NCBI RefSeq assembly: GCF_009914755.1
Contig: NC_060929.1
Source of the DNA: the human T2T-CHM13v2.0 reference genome, Homo sapiens
Strand: one strand, 5' to 3'
DNA length: 64,000 bases
A program made the translations under genes and the position numbers. A model generated the notes under the pieces. That model was not told the origin of the DNA, did not search any database, and saw nothing but the letters and a program-made list of their open reading frames with translations. Every line of letters starts with the position of its first letter. Position 1 is the first letter of the stretch. Positions 50,271 through 64,000 of this stretch are shown here, piece after piece.

Positions 50271-51131
50271 TACTGGCAATTACTCAAATCTTTTTAAACA
50301 TCATGCAGGTCATGAACGTCCTGTTTGCAAACTCTGCTGAAGGGGAAGAAGGTGTGATCACTGGTTGTTTATCCAAAATCCAAGATGAGCCCAGTTGAAG
50401 GAGGAAGCGAAATACACAGGGCAGTGGACCCTCCACATCCAGAAGGTCCCAGCCAACCCTAAGGAGGGGAGTCTCATGGGTCTTCAGGGCTCTTACCCAG
50501 GCTTAGGAGGAAGCTACCACCAGGAACCTCTGGTCTCGCTTTTCCCTCCCACTACAAGCCACTTCCCCTCTGGGAACCTTGGTGTCCTTGGTTATATGGT
50601 GAGAATAACAGAATTTACCTCACAGACTTGTTAAAGGATCGAGGTTACAAAAGCATTCTGCGAGAGGCTGTCTTTCCTCCTGGAGGTGGAGGCAACAGAC
50701 ATGGAGAGCTTGGGGCTCCCACTTGGCTGGGAAATGGGGGAACATTCTCCCTTCTCTCAAGGTCATGAAGCTGGGAAAGTTCTAAGCACAAACCGAGCCC
50801 TGACACCAGTTGTGGCTTCCAGAGAAGTGAGAATGATAATAAATAAGTGTAAAAAGAGTCAACAACACACCCTTTAAGCCAAGAAAAAAAATACATCAGG
50901 AGGGACAGTCACAATTGAGTAGACTGAGAGGAGGCGTGAGGGGCTGGACCAGAGGGCCAGGAGGGAGCGAGGCGTGATGGGGTGAGGGCCCCCCTCCCAG
51001 CGCCTGGAGATGGGGAGGAGTGGAATAGGCTGTGGGTAGCAGCTGCTGCGAGTCTCCACCCCGACCAAAGCAGCTGCTCCTCCTGTGCCCAGGCCCAGCC
51101 CATGCTCTGTGGCCATGCACCTAGCAGGCAC

Positions 51132-51303
51132 CTAGCGGGACAGTGGCGTCTGCTTCAGGGACATGAGCACCGAGCGCAGGCGGGACACATCTTTGCACTG
51201 CTTGCTGCTCTTGGGGTTGAAGTCACATAGCTGGGCCACCTTCTCCCACTCTGTGCCTGGGGTCTCCTCCTTGGATTCCTTCACGAAAGCCTCCTCGGAT
51301 GCC
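51132..51303 (-). CDS. CLTB: CLTB (clathrin light chain B) last coding exon ASEEAFVKESKEETPGTEWEKVAQLCDFNPKSSKQCKDVSRLRSVLMSLKQTPLSR*
   Basis: cacccgcag|G; TAG 51134-51132; recognisable clathrin light chain C-terminus. Confidence 0.95.
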
Positions 51304-52728
51304 CTGCGGGTGGAGATAGGACGGGCTTTTATAGCAGTCTGCTTTCCCCCAGCCTTGCCCTTGAGCAAGGCTGCTTTGCCCAGCCTACTCTGGGGCACTG
51401 TGTCCTCCCCAGCCTTGTGCCCCCCTGACTTCAGAGGAGGGCAGCCTTGGCGCAGGAGGAAGCCTAGCTTGGTCCTGCCTCAGGACCTTGGCACTTGCTA
51501 TCACCTCTTCCTGGAACACGCTTCTCCCAGACCTGTTCCTGGCTTGCTGCTTCTTGTCATTCAGGTCTCAGTGCGGGCCTCACCTCCTCAGAAAGTCTTC
51601 CCAGCCTAGGCACCCTCTGTTCATTACTTCCCCATCGGGAGTTCCCAACCTGAGGTTCCTGACACCTAAAGACCCTTGGAGGTCCTAGGACGACCTAATG
51701 CAGGACCTTAGCTATTTCACCATTTCCAAAAACTTGGCAGAAGTAGGACACTGACTAACCATCTAACAGAAGCACCTAGTTCAGCATTGCCTGAATGTTC
51801 TGTGTGAGGATTCTCCAGAAAGACTGTGGTCAAATACCTATGGAAAACCCAGCTAAAGAGGATCTTTACAGCAAGACTTTCAAAGCCTTTCATGTGCTGT
51901 GTGCGTCGTGACCCTCCAAGGTGTGTATGTGATGGAATCCACCACATCCCAAGCGTCTTTCACCACAGAGCCCTTTGTAGCCCAGAACCACCACTGTCTC
52001 TGAGGAGCCACAGCCTGGGGCATGAATGCTCCACTGGAGTCTGCTTTTGGTTGGAATCAAGTTAGGATGAAAACTGGCGGTCCTTCATCAGAAGTTCTGG
52101 TTGACAGTCACAGAAGCCACTGACTAAGGGACAGTGGGGAAACAAGTAAATACAGTCTAGTGGACAAAATCTACACGTGGGACTCACTAACAGAAAGACA
52201 ATAAGGGATTCTTAGGTGAGGAGAGCTGGGTCTATGTCCTGTTTGGCCAGCGAGGGTCGCTCACAAGTCCCTGGAAGCCCCCTCTCCATCTCAAGCAGGA
52301 CCAGTTCTGCCGATGCCAGACATGACTGATGGCAGGAGCGCTCCATGGAAGAGCTGACCCCGGATCAGGTGACCTGGCCCCTCTCTAGGGATGCTGGCTG
52401 TATGCTCATTTCCTAGCCTGTAAAATGAGGATCATAGCTCTGCCCTACCAACTATTTCACTGGACTGAGAATTCAATGAGGTAGCAAGCAGGTCTGGAAA
52501 AAAGGAAAGTGCTGCGTGGAGCTGGGTGGCAAGTGGGGATGAGGGGAGCTATCCTCGGAGCTGTCCCTTCAGGGTCCAGAGGCTCCCCTCTGTCCTTGCA
52601 GCTCAAAGCGTCCATGGTCCAATGGCATCAGCATGACGACAGAGCCTGTCAGAAATGCAGACCCTTGGGCCTCCCCACCGTCCTGCTGAATCAGAATCAG
52701 GGTTTTCACGAGACCCCCTGGTAATTCA

Positions 52729-54507
<1,779 letters not shown>

Positions 54508-54836
54508 CCTTCACCCCACACACCCACCAAGAGACATCACAGAGGGAGGGAGTTGGGGTGCTCTGCCATTTGCCCCTCCCACATGGGAATAAGTGGCAAG
54601 CACATTCCTTTCTCTGCCTTTATCCTGCAAGGCTCTGATTTAGCCAAGCAGCCTCCACTTCACTGGAGGGAGGGAGGTGGTTGCTGCCTGCACCCACCAG
54701 GGCATTTGCCTCCTGTTCTGACCATTGCTCCGAGCCCAGCCACACTCATTTATATCCCACAAGCAGGAAACTCAAGAAACTGTGGTGGCCATTCCCTCTC
54801 TAGCTCCCCCAACAGAGAAGCAAAACAGACACGTAC

Positions 54837-54890
54837 ACGTAGCCGATGATATCAGCATCTGGCTGCTGGTAGAATGCTTTGTCAGCGATC
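54837..54890 (-). CDS. CLTB: CLTB neuron-specific alternative exon EN, 54 nt (IADKAFYQQPDADIIGYV)
   Basis: ttccctcaag|G ... CGT|gtacgt; frame-preserving; matches the known 18-aa brain insert. Confidence 0.93.
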
Positions 54891-55649
54891 CTTGAGGGAA
54901 AGGTTGAGGGAAGGGGTTAGGTGGGGGAAGGCAGATGGCAAGACAGACAGGCAGGCAGAAGGTTAGAGAGAGAGAGAGAGACAGCATTAGTACCTCCAGT
55001 GGGAGAAATGTTAGGAAGCATAGTTCTGGAAGGCTCAGCAACGACCCACAGCCCCAAACAGGAGAATGGGGACCTTCACCCTGGCCCCAGCACCTTCTCT
55101 AAAATTCATCCCTGATCATGTTACTCCTGTTCAAACACCTTCAGTGGCTCCCCACTGCCCATGTCACTGCCCAACTCATCAGCCAAGGCCCTTACAGTGT
55201 GAGTCCACAGGTTCCTGCCTTCTCTCCCACCGCTCCCTGGCCCCCTGTTGCCTAATACATCACATTTTTTTCTTCGTACCCAGGTCTAGAATGCCCCCCT
55301 ACCTCCTGCCCTTTTTTCCCTTTTTTCCTCCTAGTCATCTTCCAAAGCCCAAGTCCCAAGACACAGAGGTCTCTCCCTGACCTGTTTCCTTGCTTCCATG
55401 GCCTTCGTGCAGAGGGCCCTACTGTATTTGAGCTTAGTTGAACATGTGTGTTTTTCTCCTCTGCGCCCTTTGAGGACATAAGGCTGGGTCCTCCTTATCT
55501 CCATCTCCTCCGTGCCTACCCCAGAGCCTGGCATGCAGCAGTTCCCTAGACAGAAGGGTAGCTTCCCAGAACAGGCCTTTCCCTTCCTGGAAGACCTTGT
55601 ACCGTGAAGGACAGAGCCTCAAAGGCAGGGAGCACTGGGCAGTGTTCAG

Positions 55650-55964
55650 TCATGTCCCCACAGCCCCTCTCATGTCCCCATAGCCCCTCTCATGTCCCCA
55701 CAGCCCCTCTCATGTCCCCACAGCTCCCTCTCATGTCCCCACAGCTCCCTCTCATGTCCCCACAGCCCCTCTCATGTCCCCACAGCTCCCTCATGTCCCC
55801 ACAGCCCGTCTCATGTCCCCACGGCCCCCTCATGTCCCCACAGCTCCCTCATGTCCCCACCCCTTCATGTCCCCATGGCCCCCTCATGTCCCCACGGCCC
55901 CCTCATGTCCCCACAGCCCCCCTCATGTCCCCATGGCCCCCTCATGTCCCTACAGCCCTCTCAC
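55650..55964. repeat. ~16-copy minisatellite, mostly 19-21 bp units (ctcatgtccccacagcccct), abutting the CLTB exon donor
   Basis: catgtcccca units counted from 55651 to ~55943. Confidence 0.95.
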
Positions 55965-56076
55965 CGGTTGTTGATCTTGTTCTTCTCTACTTGTTCACTC
56001 TGGCGCTGGTTCCACTCCTCCAGGTCCTTCTTGGCCTTCTCCCGCCATTCCTGTTCCGTGACCTTAGATGCAGCAT
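55965..56076 (-). CDS. CLTB: CLTB coding exon DAASKVTEQEWREKAKKDLEEWNQRQSEQVEKNKINNR
   Basis: gtcctag|AT ... AACCG|gtgaga; 112 nt. Confidence 0.95.
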
Positions 56077-56287
56077 CTAGGACCCCACAAGAGAATGAGT
56101 GGCTGCTTTCCAGCTGGGATGCACAGGCCCGGCCGCGCTCCTCCCCTGGCCCCTGCCAGGCAGCCACAGGGCCGCACCGGCCCAGTCCCACATTAAGGCA
56201 TGCAGCATCCCATGCACTCCGAGGACTCCCCACACTCCACCCCACACACAGCCCACCCAGCCAACCCCGCCTCAGCCCCGCCCTCAC

Positions 56288-56405
56288 CCAGCTCTTGCAG
56301 CCGTTTCCTCTGCTCCTCTCGCCACTTGCGGATGCTCTCAGGCTCCTGGGTCAGCCTGTCAGCCTGGGCAATGGCTGCGTAGCCATCAGCAGGACCGTTG
56401 GCCTC
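56288..56405 (-). CDS. CLTB: CLTB coding exon EANGPADGYAAIAQADRLTQEPESIRKWREEQRKRLQEL (upstream exons lie beyond the window)
   Basis: gtgttctag|GAG ... CTGG|gtgagg; 118 nt. Confidence 0.95.
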
Positions 56406-56788
56406 CTAGAACACAAACACGCAGCAGTCTATCCAGCCAGCACACCTGCCCCGCTGTCTCTGCTGCCCCTGCTGGGGACCCACTCATGTCTGGATAACTC
56501 AGCCTCAAACAACCTCATACCCACTGTCTCTGGTGACTACACCTATCTTTGCACTTGCTGTTCCCTCTGCCAGCAACACTCCGCCACCTGTGTGACTGCG
56601 GGCAAGTTACTCACCCTCTCTGTGCCTGATCATTGCCTCTGGCCCAGTTATAGGTTTTGATACCCCCAAAGCAGAAGACTCAAGAAAGCGTGTGCCAGCC
56701 ACTTTCTTTGTCATAAAATGGGCTAAATAACAGTATGCACTCTGATGGGAGGACATAAGGATGAAATGAGTTAAAAATTATAAAGAAT

Positions 56789-58590
<1,802 letters not shown>

Positions 58591-60379
58591 GGAATAATAT
58601 TAAGAACACCTCTAAGAGCTGTTATGATTTAATACTATAATATTTGTGAGATATTTAGAAGAGTGCTTGGTGTGGAGTGATGGCTCAGTGAATAGTAGCT
58701 AGAATTACTACTATTATTATTCATTCCCATTTTACAAGGGAGGAAACTGAGGCCCAGAGACATGGCACAACGTAGTGGCAGAGCCAGGACTAGAGTCCAG
58801 GTCCCTGACTCCCAGGCAGGGGCTCTGCTCACGTCTCCCCACCCCTTGCCAGAGCTGGGGACCCAAAGCGCTGAGCACCGTGAGCTCTGCTCACAAGGGT
58901 GTGGCACCCTCTGGTCTGGCAAAGCCTTTCCAATCCAGGTCCAGCCACACCCGCTCTGGCACCCACGCCCTCCGCATTCCTGTCTGCAGGCATCCCACTC
59001 CAGCTACCCGGCCTTTGTCTCCTGGCGCTTCTGTCTCCCCTCCCAGCAATAGTCTCCCCTCCCTCCTCCTTCAAGCACTTATCAAAACTTCCATGACTGC
59101 CCGCGTTGTTTGACATCTTCTCCACACAGGAGTGTCTGGCACACTCTCTGTCCTACGGCGCCCACCTATCCTTAGTGCCTGGCAGGTGCTCAGTAAGCAG
59201 TGGCTGAATGAGCAAAGACCCCTGGAGCCAGCAGGCACCCGGTTCAAGGAGGAGCTCTGGGAGAGGGAACACATAGATGGAACATCAGGGCTACAGTCTC
59301 CAGCTGCCTGGGGAGTGAGGGAAGGGCAGGCCAGGGCAGGCCAGGACAGGGGTGCAGCCTGGCTCCTGGGATCATCGGGGCAGCTGGGCGCCACCCTTAC
59401 TCCTCTCCAGCACAACACTGCATTGCAATTCAGAGACTCTCTCCCAACATCCCAGTGGGCCCTTCTGGGGCCCTTCTCCGGAGAACACAAGTTCACTGCT
59501 GCTCCTTTCTGGGAACAATGCTTCTCTGAGGCCAGGATACCAGGGACTCCTCCCAGCACCGCTGCCCAAACCTACCGAGCCTTCCATCTGCAGACAACTG
59601 CACTGTTACTTTGTGTATATGGGTTTATCCAGGTGCCCTATTTTATTTTCTTCCCAGCACTTACCTCTATCTGAAATGACTTGAGAGGTCAGAGAAGTTG
59701 GAAATAAAAATAAAAATACAATGAAGGCATCCATCTGACCACCACCCAATCCCCACTCCTTGAGCAAACATGTACTGAGCCCTTTCTCTGTGCCAGCCCA
59801 TGTGGGTGTTTTGACAGGAATCCTGAACGTCACTTCACTTTTCATTCCCCAAACTTGCCCCACCCTCCGTCTGAGAAAAAGGCACCACAGTGCCCTTGTA
59901 GGGGAGGAGGAAGGGAAGAGAGGGTCATATCTGAGCACTGTCTTTAGGGTGACATCCACATGGCATCGAGACCTCAGCCTTTAGGTCTATCAGAAAGGGC
60001 AGTGGGGGCTGCCTCCTGCAATCGTCACTCACTCGCTCGCCTTGTGTTGCACAGCATTTTCACAAAACCTCCTTTGCTTTCTTGGATTTTTGTTCCAGAT
60101 GTTAAAATGAAAACAGCGACACTGAACAATTTCCCGAGGGTGCTGAGGCCCCAGCCTCCTGTTCGTCCTTGATTTCTCCTTCCTTCCCATCCCCCGTGCA
60201 AGTCATCAGCAGGGCCTGTCATCACAATCTCTAAAACTCTCCCTCCTGCCCTCACCGCCCCTGGCCTGGACCACTGCTGGTCTCTGCTTCCTGCAGCCCC
60301 ATCTCCACAAAATGCCCGAATGACCTATTCGGAGTCTAAATCCGATTTATCATGTCACACTTTAAAATATCCAAAGGCA

Positions 60380-63893
<3,514 letters not shown>

Positions 63894-64000
63894 GAGAGCT
63901 CTTTGGAGACAAACTATCCAGTGGATTTGCCTCCATATCCGTTTATTCACTGCCCTAGCAGGTGTGTGGCCATAAAAGAATGTGCACTGACCAAATGAAT

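Noticed and set aside
55604-56660. 322-aa and 158-aa + strand ORFs
   Set aside because: Translations of the minisatellite and the antisense of CLTB exons, with no coding signature of their own.

Overview
Primate (almost certainly human) genomic DNA from the gene-dense, Alu-rich 5q35.2 region. Genes were recognised from their translated exons. In order: the last coding exon and 3'UTR of SIMC1 (+); all of KIAA1191 (-; 7 coding exons, 305 aa); ARL10 (+; 4 exons, 244 aa) with intronic MIR1271; a degraded ~7.9 kb ERV1-class provirus (-) with both LTRs, a tRNA-Leu primer-binding site and gag/pol/env remnants; NOP16 (-; 5 exons, 178 aa) and HIGD2A (+; 2 exons, 106 aa) on a bidirectional CpG promoter; and the 3' part of CLTB (-), including its 54-nt neuron-specific exon. 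All exon phases were checked by hand and sum to intact ORFs. I found no new protein-coding system. The most unusual unexplained structure is a 450-bp, 448/450-identical inverted duplication of ARL10-upstream DNA inserted into an Alu between the divergent KIAA1191 and ARL10 promoters. Other candidates are splice-site-adjacent VNTRs in ARL10 and CLTB, a stop-free in-frame ARL10 intron 1, a dual-frame NOP16 last exon, KIAA1191 uORFs, and the antisense ERV in the putative long ARL10 3'UTR. Repeat boundaries and subfamily names are approximate because they were read by eye without RepeatMasker.
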